Shown: positions 1 to 8,864 of the stretch, piece by piece
Layout of the letters: each line of letters opens with the position of its first letter
How positions within the stretch are numbered: position 1 is the stretch's first letter
Origin: a bacterium
Lineage (GTDB): Bacteria; UBA8248
Length of the DNA: 64,000 nucleotides
Assembly: GCA_965207065.1 (NCBI GenBank)
Contig: OZ242260.1
Span: forward strand, 832,001 to 896,000
Direction: 5' to 3'
The notes under the pieces: model-generated
Told to the model about the DNA's origin: nothing
Seen by the model: only the letters and a program-made list of their open reading frames with translations
Database searches by the model: none
Translations under genes and position numbers: made by a program

Positions 1-904
1 GCCGATAGAAAAAGTAGATGGGTTCTATTTTCACCCCACCTCGCGCGATCGCGTACTGGCGCAGCGCCACGCGGACCCGGCCAAAACGCCCTGGACGCCG
101 TTGGACAAGCCACTGGCAGAGTGCAAGGTCACCCTGGTATCAACGGCAGGCATCTTCATGAAGAACGACGTTTCTTTCGATTACGAAAGAGAGCACCGCG
201 AGGGCACCTGGGGCGACCCCACCCACCGGGAGATTCCCAAGACGGCGGGCCAGCACGACGTGGAATATTCCCATCTGCACGTCGACACTTCGTTCTTGGC
301 CCAAGACAGGAACGTGTCCTGGCCGGTCGATATTTTCCTGGAATTCGAAAGAGAGGGGAAAATCGGCGCGCTGGCCGATACGCTCTATTCCATCATGGGC
401 TACATCCCGAACTTCAACCCGCTGGTGAAGCGCACGGCGCCCCTGATGATCGAGAAAATGAAAGAAGAAGGAGTCGACGCGGCCTTCCTCTATCCGGTCT
501 GACCCTTGTGCAACCGGTCCGGCGGACTGCTTCAGCGTGAAATCGAAAAGGCGGGGATCGCCACCGTCATCATCTCCAACGTGCCCGAGACCACCGAGCG
601 CGTCTGCGTGCCCAGGGCGGTGTTCGTCCAGTACCCCTTCGGGCGGCAACTGGGCGTCGTGGGCGATTACGAGGGACAGCGCCGGATTTGCGAGGACATG
701 GCGGCGCTGCTCGAAGAAGCAAAAGCGCCCAACGCCTACCGGCACCTGCCGTATGAATGGCCCGAACCGCCGGAGACCACCAAATGGCGTCCGGACGTGC
801 CGCCGCCCATCTTCACCGTCCGGCAGGCCAAAGAGGGTGGACACAATCTGCTGGATGACTTCAAGGACGAAGAGCGCGCCGCGTATACCGATGCAGAGCG
901 TTAG
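1..904 (+). CDS. Glycine/betaine/D-proline reductase selenoprotein B family (GrdB/PrdB-like); probable selenocysteine at TGA 500-502; 5' end lies at or beyond the window edge
   Basis: Frame is open from base 2. Track ORFs 101..502 and 506..904 are in frame across one TGA: LYPV-U-PLCNRSGGLLQREIEKAGIATV. The motifs LVSTAG, SHLHVD and PFGRQLG fit this family. Confidence 0.85.
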
Positions 905-964
905 GCGAGCACACGGGACGCGCCGAAAATCTTCCCGGTGCTATCGCACCTCAGCGCCGGAAAA

Positions 965-2374
965 TTATGCTTTCTCCAACCTGGCGAAATTGAGATAAAA
1001 CCGCCCGTCCACTTCCGTGCGCGAAAGCGTCTGCGCGAAATCTTTGGACTCCACCCGGTAGTCCCGCTCTTCTCCTCTCGCTCTGGTAACGCTCAAAAGC
1101 GTCTCCCCATCGAGGCCGCCGGGCGTCTCCTGCCCCATCAAGGAGAGGATGGTGGGGGCCAGGTCGACGTTCCCCGTCGGCGCATCCACCCGCGCGCCCG
1201 CCGGAAAAGCGGGGCCTGCGCCAATCAGGAAATTGCCTAACTCATACGGGCTGCACGAGCCGTGCGTTCCGCCGCTTCCCTTGTTGTTGACCGATGAATA
1301 CCCCCAGCCGGGTAGCGCGTCTTCGCGTTTCTCTCCCTCCAAGAATCCATCGCCCCACTGAAAGCCCATCAGCAAATCTGGCGCGCGTGGTCCACCGCAG
1401 CCCACAAGGCTCAAAGACATCGTGCCCGGCAACGCGCCTTCGGCTCCATCCCCGTCTTTGGAGAACAGCGGTCCCGCCCAGTCCTTCGTCCGCAAGAACT
1501 CTGCGAGCTCCAACATCGTGGTTTCCGATTCGCCGTAGAAAAGCGCGGCGCCCTCGCTGTGCGCCACCTGCCAACTCTCCCCGCGGACGGGGAGGTCCGC
1601 AAGTTCCGCTTCCAGGTCGATCATGCCCGCCGTCGTCACCACCCCGTGGTCGGAGAACAAAAGAAGGTTCGTCTGCGCCCAATCATCGCGCTCCGCTCGA
1701 AACCTCTCCCAGAACGCGCCGAACAGCCTGTCCACCCCCTCCAAAGCCTCGCGATGAACTGCACCTGCTGTGCCCTGGTGGTGCTGCGTGCTGTCCGGCT
1801 CGCTCAGGTGAACCACGAGCACGGCGGGTTCGAGTTCGGGGATGGCGTAATCGAGCGCCACGTCGAGCGCCCACGCGCAGCGTTCCAAATCAGGTTCGCC
1901 TGCGGCGGGGATTTCCCCCGCCTCCTCGATTCTTCCAATTTCTTCAGCGGGATGCGTCGCCTCAGGATGGATCAGACACGCAGGCCGGCCCGCGTTCCAG
2001 AGCCAGGCGGAACCGCTCGACGCGGCGCTGACGATGACGCCGCCGCCCACCCGCTCGAAAAAGGTGTCCCTCAAGAGCAGACGCCCGCCCATGGCGCGCT
2101 CCCAAGCGAGGAGGTGCTCGTAGCGGCCCGTGGTGATGGATTCGCCCAACTCGGGTGAAAAGAGGGAATTGCCCGGCAGGCCGTGCGTTCGGGGGTAGAC
2201 GCCGGTGGCCAGGCTCGAGACGCAAACCCTGGTCGAGGTGGGAAACGTGCTGCGGTGATTCTGGAACCAGACACCCCGCTCCGCCGCGGCGAGGAGATTC
2301 GGCGTTCTCTCCTCACTCAGGGCATCCGCGCGCAGACCATCGAACTGAATCGCTATTACGCGGGGCGTCGGCAT
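965..2374 (-). CDS. Alkaline phosphatase superfamily / type I phosphodiesterase-nucleotide pyrophosphatase
   Basis: FDGLRAD, FPTST, EPDSTQH, FSDHG, GTHG and VDLAPT motifs. Confidence 0.8.
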   Translation of the reverse strand: MPTPRVIAIQFDGLRADALSEERTPNLLAAAERGVWFQNHRSTFPTSTRVCVSSLATGVYPRTHGLPGNSLFSPELGESITTGRYEHLLAWERAMGGRLLLRDTFFERVGGGVIVSAASSGSAWLWNAGRPACLIHPEATHPAEEIGRIEEAGEIPAAGEPDLERCAWALDVALDYAIPELEPAVLVVHLSEPDSTQHHQGTAGAVHREALEGVDRLFGAFWERFRAERDDWAQTNLLLFSDHGVVTTAGMIDLEAELADLPVRGESWQVAHSEGAALFYGESETTMLELAEFLRTKDWAGPLFSKDGDGAEGALPGTMSLSLVGCGGPRAPDLLMGFQWGDGFLEGEKREDALPGWGYSSVNNKGSGGTHGSCSPYELGNFLIGAGPAFPAGARVDAPTGNVDLAPTILSLMGQETPGGLDGETLLSVTRARGEERDYRVESKDFAQTLSRTEVDGRFYLNFARLEKA

Positions 2375-2388
2375 GGTTGCTCATCCCG

Positions 2389-2421
2389 AAAAAAAGCGGC
2401 GGGGGATTCCGCCCCCGCCGC
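2389..2421 (-). terminator. Rho-independent terminator after the nitrile hydratase-like genes
   Basis: Stem gcggcggggg/cccccgccgc followed by a 7-U tract on the minus strand. Confidence 0.75.
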
Positions 2422-2442
2422 ATGGAAAAGTCGAGCCTTGGA

Positions 2443-3207
2443 TCAGGTGGCCTGCTCCGACGCCTGCATCGCTTCTTCGAGTTGTTCCGGCGTCAGGGGA
2501 TCGCCCACGCCGATCATCGAATCGCGCGTCACGAGCTGGAAGAGTTGCGCTTCGTTCCAGTCCTCGGTTCCCGCCGGACGCTGGGGGATGATGAGATAGC
2601 GGCAATCCGCGTTCGAGTCGATGACGATGAGCTCCACGTCATCGGGCGCATCGAAGCCCATGTCCTTCAAGGTTCCCCTCGGGTCCGACACGGCCTTCGA
2701 GCGATAGGGGAAACTCTTGTACCAGGTGGGGGGCTGGCCGAGGATTTGCCTCGGGTAGCACGAACACAGCGTGCACACCACCATGTAGCGGGTCGTGTCG
2801 GTATTCTCGAGAGCCACCACGCGGTTGATGCCCGTGGTGTCGACCCCCATCTCGCCGCAGGCGGCGTCCGCGTCCGCAAGGAGCCTCTCCTTGAAGCCCT
2901 CATCCACCCATGCGCGCGCGATGATGCGCGAACCGATGGCGGGGCTCTGGCCATAAATCTCCTCCACCGCGCGTCTCATCTCGTCGGTCGTGAGAAGGCC
3001 CTTCTCTCTGAGGACGTTCATCAGGGCCATCATGCGCACCTGGTAGTAGTCCAGATCGTGCTCGACCTGGGTCACGGCTCCTTCGCGGTAGGCGTCGTCG
3101 GACTGCATCCGCGCGTTGTGCGCCCCAGGGTCCTGGCTGTAGGTGTGGGGATGGTCGCCGTGATGGTGAACATGTCCGCCGTTGTGGTGATCGTGTGAGT
3201 GCGCCAT
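2443..3207 (-). CDS. Cobalt-type nitrile hydratase alpha / thiocyanate hydrolase gamma-like subunit with His-rich N-terminus
   Basis: VCTLCSCYP metal motif, ARAWVD and PTWYKSFPYRS; GAGGAG RBS before ATG 3207. Confidence 0.9.
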   Translation of the reverse strand: MAHSHDHHNGGHVHHHGDHPHTYSQDPGAHNARMQSDDAYREGAVTQVEHDLDYYQVRMMALMNVLREKGLLTTDEMRRAVEEIYGQSPAIGSRIIARAWVDEGFKERLLADADAACGEMGVDTTGINRVVALENTDTTRYMVVCTLCSCYPRQILGQPPTWYKSFPYRSKAVSDPRGTLKDMGFDAPDDVELIVIDSNADCRYLIIPQRPAGTEDWNEAQLFQLVTRDSMIGVGDPLTPEQLEEAMQASEQAT

Positions 3208-3245
3208 GGTGTGCTCCTCGCTCACGGGGGAACCGGTGGATTCGC

Positions 3246-3533
3246 CTAGACCGGCTCCAGCCAATGTTCATATATTTCGATATAGAGTTTGTCCTGTTTT
3301 TTCCCCGCCTCGTGATCCCAGAGATCGTTGATTTCGAACTCCACCCAGTAGAGTTCCCTGAGCGGCAGGCCGTCGCCGCCGTAGGCGAGATTCTCGGGGT
3401 TTTTGTATTTGCCGAAATAACGGTTGACGACGCCCGTCTTTCCCTTCACGAAATAAGTCGTCCGGTGGTGGCCGTCGGGGTACATCTCCTTGATGCGAAC
3501 CCTGTCGCCCACGCGGTAGCGGGTTTCCTCCAT
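3246..3533 (-). CDS. Nitrile hydratase beta C-terminal SH3-like domain (thiocyanate hydrolase alpha-like)
   Basis: YRVGDRVRI...GHHRTTYFVKGKTGVV...LYWVEF...IYEHWLEP. Confidence 0.85.
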   Translation of the reverse strand: MEETRYRVGDRVRIKEMYPDGHHRTTYFVKGKTGVVNRYFGKYKNPENLAYGGDGLPLRELYWVEFEINDLWDHEAGKKQDKLYIEIYEHWLEPV

Positions 3534-3616
3534 CGGAACATCCCCTTTGCAGTTGAATCGACTTGATCTGAAATACTTATCTGAATTTTACACCGCGAAG
3601 GCTCTTTGTCCAGCCC

Positions 3617-4633
3617 CTACTTCGCAAGTCCGTACACGCGCCTGGCATTCGTAGTGAGAATCATCTCCTGCTCCGCTTCCGAGAGGCGGTTCAGGCCCGG
3701 AATATCCCGCGCGGGCTGGTGATAGCCCATGTCCGCCGGATAGTCCGTGCCGTAGAGAATCCGCTCCGCCCCAAGCGTCTTCGCCGCGAACTCGAAGCAA
3801 TCCGCGTTGTGGATGATGGTGTCGTAATAGAAACGACCGAAATACTGCTCGGGGTCCTTCGCTCCGTGGACCTTGGGTTCCCTACGCTCGCCGTAGCCGT
3901 GCTGCCAGCGGCCCCGGATCCAGGGCACGAAGCCGCCCACGTGGGAGAGATAGAATTTCAGTTCCGGGAACCTGTCCATTACGCCGCCGAAGATGAGGCA
4001 CGCCACCGCAACCGTGGTGTCGAGCGGGTTTCCGATAAAATTCCTCAAGTAGAAATCCTGGAGGCGATCTCCACCGCCCAGCACGTTCGTGGGGTGCACG
4101 AACACAGGCATGTCGAGCGCCTCCGCCTTGGCCCAGAATACGTCCAGACCCGGATCGTCGAGGTTTTTTCCCGCCACGTTCGAGGCGATCATCACGCCGA
4201 GGTGGCCGTTCGCGCTTGCGCGCTCGAGTTCCGCCGCCGCAGCTTCCGGGTCCTGGAGGGGCACCGTGGCCATGCAGGAGAATTTATCGGGATACTCCCC
4301 CGCCAGCGCGCTCAGGCCGTCGTTCAGCGAAGCGGCCAACTCCTTGTTCGCTTCCGCCTCCAATGTATAGAGCGTCATGGCCGGGCCGATGGAGAGCACC
4401 TGATGCGCGACGCCCATCCGCTCCATGTCAGCGAAGCGCGGCTCAAGCTCATAATAAAGGGGCGTGAGCTTATTCCTGAGTTCCGAATCGCGCCCCAGAA
4501 CCTTTCCGCGCGTAATGAGCCACTCGCCGTGTTCGTCAGTTTCTATCGACGCCGTGCGGCCGAAGCGGCCCGCGCGCACGTCCGCGATGAACTGCCCGGG
4601 ATAGATATGTGTATGGGGGTCGATCGCCGTCAT
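3617..4633 (-). CDS. Amidohydrolase_2 family protein (ACMSD-like decarboxylase/hydratase)
   Basis: IDPHTH, FVHP, SHVGG and YGTDYP motifs; start taken at MTAID. Confidence 0.85.
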   Translation of the reverse strand: MTAIDPHTHIYPGQFIADVRAGRFGRTASIETDEHGEWLITRGKVLGRDSELRNKLTPLYYELEPRFADMERMGVAHQVLSIGPAMTLYTLEAEANKELAASLNDGLSALAGEYPDKFSCMATVPLQDPEAAAAELERASANGHLGVMIASNVAGKNLDDPGLDVFWAKAEALDMPVFVHPTNVLGGGDRLQDFYLRNFIGNPLDTTVAVACLIFGGVMDRFPELKFYLSHVGGFVPWIRGRWQHGYGERREPKVHGAKDPEQYFGRFYYDTIIHNADCFEFAAKTLGAERILYGTDYPADMGYHQPARDIPGLNRLSEAEQEMILTTNARRVYGLAK

Positions 4634-4718
4634 CTTTTTCTCTATCTTCTGCCGGGGGGAGGCCCTCCCGGGCCCCCTCACCGCACGTGAATCGAGTCGT
4701 ATTCGCCGCCGCTGGCTT

Positions 4719-5735
4719 TTACACGTCCAGCTTGTAGAGCTTCTTCACGTTTCCGTAGAGCATCTGTTCCTGCTCATCCGCCGAGAAGCGCGAAAGCCCC
4801 GGAATCTCCTTCGCCCCGGCCAGATAGCCCATGTCGAAGGGATAGTCCGTACCGTAGAGAATCTTGTCCACGCCGAGCGTTTTCACGGCGAACTCGAAGG
4901 AATCCGCGTTGTGGATGATGGTGTCGTAATAAATTTTTCCGAAATACTGTTCGGGGTCTTTTGCGCCGTGCACCTTGGGTTCCCTGCGCTCGCCGTAGCC
5001 GTGCTGCCAGCGGCCCCGGATCCAGGGAACGAAACCGCCCACGTGCGAGACCAGGAACTTGATGTTCGGGAAGCGATCGAACACGCCGCCGAAGATGAGA
5101 CAGGCGATGGATATCGTCGTGTCGAGCGGGTTGCCGATGAAGTTCCTCAGGTAATAGTCCTTGAGCCGGTCGTTGACGCCGATGACGTCCACCGGGTGAA
5201 TGAAAATCGGCACGTCGTGCTCACACGCCTTGGCCCAGACGACGTCGAGCGCGGGGTCATCGAGATTATTTCCCGCGATGTTCGAGCCGATCTGACAACC
5301 CAGGTGGCCGTTTTTCACCGCGCGGTCGAGTTCCGCCGCCGCGGCTTCGGGGTCCTGGAGCGGAATCTGCGCCATGCACAGGAAACGCTCGGGGTGTTCT
5401 TTCGTGAGCGCGGTCAGCGCATCGTTCAGCGATGCGGAGAGTTCCCTGTTCAGGCCTGCGTCGAGCGCATAGTGCGTCATCGGCGGAACGACGGAGAGAA
5501 TCTGAATGTCCACGTTCTGGTTGTTGTCCATGTCGCTCAGGCGCATCTCGACGTCATAGGTTTCTTTCGGCAGCGGGTTCTTGTGAATCCGCTCCTCGCC
5601 GAGAACGGTGTTTTTCGTGACGAGCAGTTCCCACGGGTCGCCCGCTTCGATGGTGACGGCGTCGCCGAAACGGCCCTGGCGTACGTCTTCGATGAAACTC
5701 TCGGGAGCGATGTGGGCATGAGGGTCGATGATCAC
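4719..5735 (-). CDS. Amidohydrolase_2 family protein, tandem paralog of 3617..4633
   Basis: IDPHAH, FIHP, SHVGG and YGTDYPFDM motifs. Confidence 0.85.
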   Translation of the reverse strand: MIIDPHAHIAPESFIEDVRQGRFGDAVTIEAGDPWELLVTKNTVLGEERIHKNPLPKETYDVEMRLSDMDNNQNVDIQILSVVPPMTHYALDAGLNRELSASLNDALTALTKEHPERFLCMAQIPLQDPEAAAAELDRAVKNGHLGCQIGSNIAGNNLDDPALDVVWAKACEHDVPIFIHPVDVIGVNDRLKDYYLRNFIGNPLDTTISIACLIFGGVFDRFPNIKFLVSHVGGFVPWIRGRWQHGYGERREPKVHGAKDPEQYFGKIYYDTIIHNADSFEFAVKTLGVDKILYGTDYPFDMGYLAGAKEIPGLSRFSADEQEQMLYGNVKKLYKLDV

Positions 5736-5932
5736 CTGGACTTCTCCTTATCGGTACGTGAATGAGGATAAACCTAATTTCGCTCAGAAATAGATTCTTG
5801 GATTTTTCGAGGGCCGATTATGCACACTTTGCCGCCGCCGCGCCAGAGCGCGGGGTCATGATCCCGATTGTTGCGCAGCGCAATCGAGACGACGCGCATG
5901 CCGGTCAGCGTCTGTGTTCCGGCCGCGCCGTT

Positions 5933-7168
5933 TTAAAACGTCTTGTCGATCACGATGCGCACGTTCTTCTCTCCCACCCGCACGGGGCGCGATGTGCGAC
6001 CTTCGAGATCGCCTGCGCCCGCGGGACCCGCCGAGCCGTCCGCGTCGAGACGCGCCGAGAGCGTAACCATTCCCTCGAACGGCACGCCGGGGATCATCAC
6101 GTTTCGCTTCGATACCTCGAACTTGAGCGGGAAACGGGGGTTCGCCACCCGCACGACCGCCAGCGGCGGGCCTCCGCCTCCCTTGCGCGCGATCAGGAAC
6201 AAGACGGGCTTGCCCTGGGCCTTGGCCTGCAAGGCGGGGGCAATCTCTATCGTACCCGAAATCACCTCTCCCGCCCCTTGCGGCTGTGCGGGTATGGGCG
6301 CTGCTTCTCCTTTTGCTTCTTGTGAGAGAACGATCTCCACGCCTCGCGCACCCACCTGGACCGGCCCGCGTGCGCCGCCGAAAATATCGCCCGGCTGCGT
6401 CCCGACTTTTCCGTCCCCATCGAGCTTGGCGATGAGGCGGACCTCACCTGCGAACGCCACCCCCTGGAGCATCACGTTTTGCTCGCTCATGGTGAAATCC
6501 AGGGGAAAACCGGGATTCAGAATCCGCATGACCGCCAGGGGCGGGCCGGGTTGCTTCCCGCGCGCGATGATGAAAATCGCCGCCTTGCCCTTCGCCTTTT
6601 CCTTAAGTTTGGGGGCGACGCGGACCACGCCGCGAATCGTCTTGCCGCTCCCGGTCGATGGCGCCGCTTCAGGGGGCGGTGCGGGTTTTGCGGGAGATTT
6701 TTTCGCGACCTTCGGAGGAGGAGCGGTGCCGATCTGATCGATCACCACGTCCACGTCTTTCGCGCCCACGGCAACCGGGCCTGCGGCCCGCCCCTCGAAA
6801 TCGCCCTGGACCAGCGGCCCAGGAACGCCGTCCGCATCGAGGCGGGCGCGCACGCGGACGCGGCCCGCGAATTTCTGGCCGCGAATCATCATATCGTCTT
6901 TCGTGATGACGTATCGGTAGGGAAACCGCGTCTCCACGAGGCGCTGCACCGCCAGCGGCGGGCCGCCTCCCTCGCGCTCCAAAATGATGAACAACGTGCG
7001 CGTGCGCCATGCCTTTACGGGCAGCTTCGCGCTCATCCGAATGGTGCCCGAAACGGATTCTTCCGGCGGGCCGAGTTCGGGAAGGAGATCGCAACCGCTC
7101 AGCATCACGGAGAGACAAATCGCAGTGAGAGCGACGCAAAAATTTTTGAATATGCGCTTCATGGGCAT
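5933..7168 (-). CDS. Lipoprotein with three tandem CcmI/CycH C-terminal-like domains
   Basis: LSGC lipobox; three copies of SGTI..LFII..GPPLAV.R..FP..F......MM..G..F.G.V...ARLD.DG...GD..G. Confidence 0.65.
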   Translation of the reverse strand: MPMKRIFKNFCVALTAICLSVMLSGCDLLPELGPPEESVSGTIRMSAKLPVKAWRTRTLFIILEREGGGPPLAVQRLVETRFPYRYVITKDDMMIRGQKFAGRVRVRARLDADGVPGPLVQGDFEGRAAGPVAVGAKDVDVVIDQIGTAPPPKVAKKSPAKPAPPPEAAPSTGSGKTIRGVVRVAPKLKEKAKGKAAIFIIARGKQPGPPLAVMRILNPGFPLDFTMSEQNVMLQGVAFAGEVRLIAKLDGDGKVGTQPGDIFGGARGPVQVGARGVEIVLSQEAKGEAAPIPAQPQGAGEVISGTIEIAPALQAKAQGKPVLFLIARKGGGGPPLAVVRVANPRFPLKFEVSKRNVMIPGVPFEGMVTLSARLDADGSAGPAGAGDLEGRTSRPVRVGEKNVRIVIDKTF

Positions 7169-8094
7169 TCCCGTGGTGAATTCGCTTGCAGAAAGGCTTC
7201 CACCTCACTCAGACGGGGGAGCGCGGCCCTTCCCCCGAGGGCGGTGCAGTTCATCGCGGCGACCGCGTTTGCGAAGCGCAACGTATCCTCAAGGCCCATC
7301 TTGCGCAATACGCCGTAGAGGAAAGCGCCATGAAACGCATCGCCCGCCCCGGTGGTGTCGAGAACGTCCACATGAAAACCCGGCGATTCGTAAAACCGCG
7401 TCCCGTCGTATGCGAGCGCGCCGCGAGCGCCGAGGGTGACGCCCACTACCCTGGGCCCCATCGCGTGAAGCAGGCTTAAACTCTCGCGGTGATCGGAAAC
7501 GCCGGTGAACAGCGCAGGAAAATCTTCCGCCGCCATCAGGTAATCCGTTAAGCCGATGAGGCCTTCGATTCCCTCGGGCGCACGCTCCGCATCCAGGAAC
7601 ACGGGCGCACCCTCCTCTCGCGCCCACCGGGCGGCGGCGATTTCCGCCTCGACATGGTGACCATCCAGATGCAGGGCGCGGCCTGCTCGCACCACCTCCT
7701 CACGCACGTCTTCGGGAGCCAGGGAAACCTCGCGCCGCCAGAGAATCGTCCGCGCGCCTTTTTCCTCCACGTCTCCTTCCCGCTGAACGATGATGAGGGC
7801 GAACTGGCTCGCACGTCCTTTCTGCGTGACGACACCTTCCACGTTCACCCCCTCGCTCTCCAGACTCGCAAGGGAAAACGCGCCCGCCTCGTCGTCGCCC
7901 ACCGCGCCGATGTAGGCCGCGCGCATGCCCAGGCGCGCCAGCGCCGCCATGGCCGTCGCCGCCTGCCCGCCGCCCGCGCGCGCCATTTCCAGAATGCCGC
8001 TCTTGGTGTTCGCTGTTGGATATTCACGCACCACACAGAACTGATCGGCGGAGTTCAGGCCGATTCCCACGGCGTCGAATCTTTTCTGCGTCAT
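7159..8094 (-). CDS. PfkB family carbohydrate kinase
   Basis: GGQAATA, VGDDEAG and DTTGAGDAFHG motifs. Confidence 0.9.
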   Translation of the reverse strand: MTQKRFDAVGIGLNSADQFCVVREYPTANTKSGILEMARAGGGQAATAMAALARLGMRAAYIGAVGDDEAGAFSLASLESEGVNVEGVVTQKGRASQFALIIVQREGDVEEKGARTILWRREVSLAPEDVREEVVRAGRALHLDGHHVEAEIAAARWAREEGAPVFLDAERAPEGIEGLIGLTDYLMAAEDFPALFTGVSDHRESLSLLHAMGPRVVGVTLGARGALAYDGTRFYESPGFHVDVLDTTGAGDAFHGAFLYGVLRKMGLEDTLRFANAVAAMNCTALGGRAALPRLSEVEAFLQANSPRECP

Positions 8095-8111
8095 GAAAGG
8101 AAGTTTCCGCT

Positions 8112-8864
8112 TCAGATGAATTCGCGCTGGCGGACACCTTCGGGGTCTGCGGCGTGGAGCGCGGCGCGCTCGGCATCCGTGGGTTCGGGCGTGGCGGGAG
8201 TCTGTTCCAGATCGCCCAGGTCGAATCCCGTGGCGGCGCGCAAGGCATCCGCCGTCACCCCCTGGTGAATCGACTTGACTCTAAGTCGACCCTCCGCCTT
8301 TTCAAAAATACACAAAGGTGTCACCACCGCTTCCACGTTGCCCGAAGCCGTCACGAAATCACATCGCTCGGGAAAGCTCCTCGCGTCGTGAACCGTCCGC
8401 CAGAGCACGGTGCGCCCCGCCGTGGGCAGAATGTGCGCGCTGCCCGCGCCGCCCGGAAGGCGCACCTTGGGCGACGCCGGGTCCCCGATGAAGGAGAGGT
8501 TCATGTCGCCGCGCGCGTCGATTTGCGCGCCTCCGAGAAACGCCAGGTCGAGCTTGCCGCGTGCGGAGAGATCGAAAATTTCCGTGAGGGTGAAATACGA
8601 GAGCGCCCCCTCCATGAGCTGCCTTGCCACGGTGGAGCCGGGAAGATGAGAGGGCTTGGGGTCCACGCCGCCCGGTATGTTCAGATAGGTCAGGTTCGGC
8701 GCATGGGTGTTCCGCGCCATGACGATCGCCGCCATCGGCAGCGGCGAGGCCACCCCGTGGAACACGAGTTCCCCGTCACGGATGAATCTCGAGAGAAAAA
8801 CCGCCATCCTGTCTGCGGCGGCGCGCACATCCTCGGCCGCGCCTTCGTGCAAGACGACGCTCAT
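8112..8864 (-). CDS. CoA-transferase-fold subunit B (GctB/AibB-like)
   Basis: AQIDARGDMN, RLPGGAG and ATGFDL motifs; ATG 8864 overlaps the stop of subunit A (ATGA). Confidence 0.8.
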   Translation of the reverse strand: MSVVLHEGAAEDVRAAADRMAVFLSRFIRDGELVFHGVASPLPMAAIVMARNTHAPNLTYLNIPGGVDPKPSHLPGSTVARQLMEGALSYFTLTEIFDLSARGKLDLAFLGGAQIDARGDMNLSFIGDPASPKVRLPGGAGSAHILPTAGRTVLWRTVHDARSFPERCDFVTASGNVEAVVTPLCIFEKAEGRLRVKSIHQGVTADALRAATGFDLGDLEQTPATPEPTDAERAALHAADPEGVRQREFI

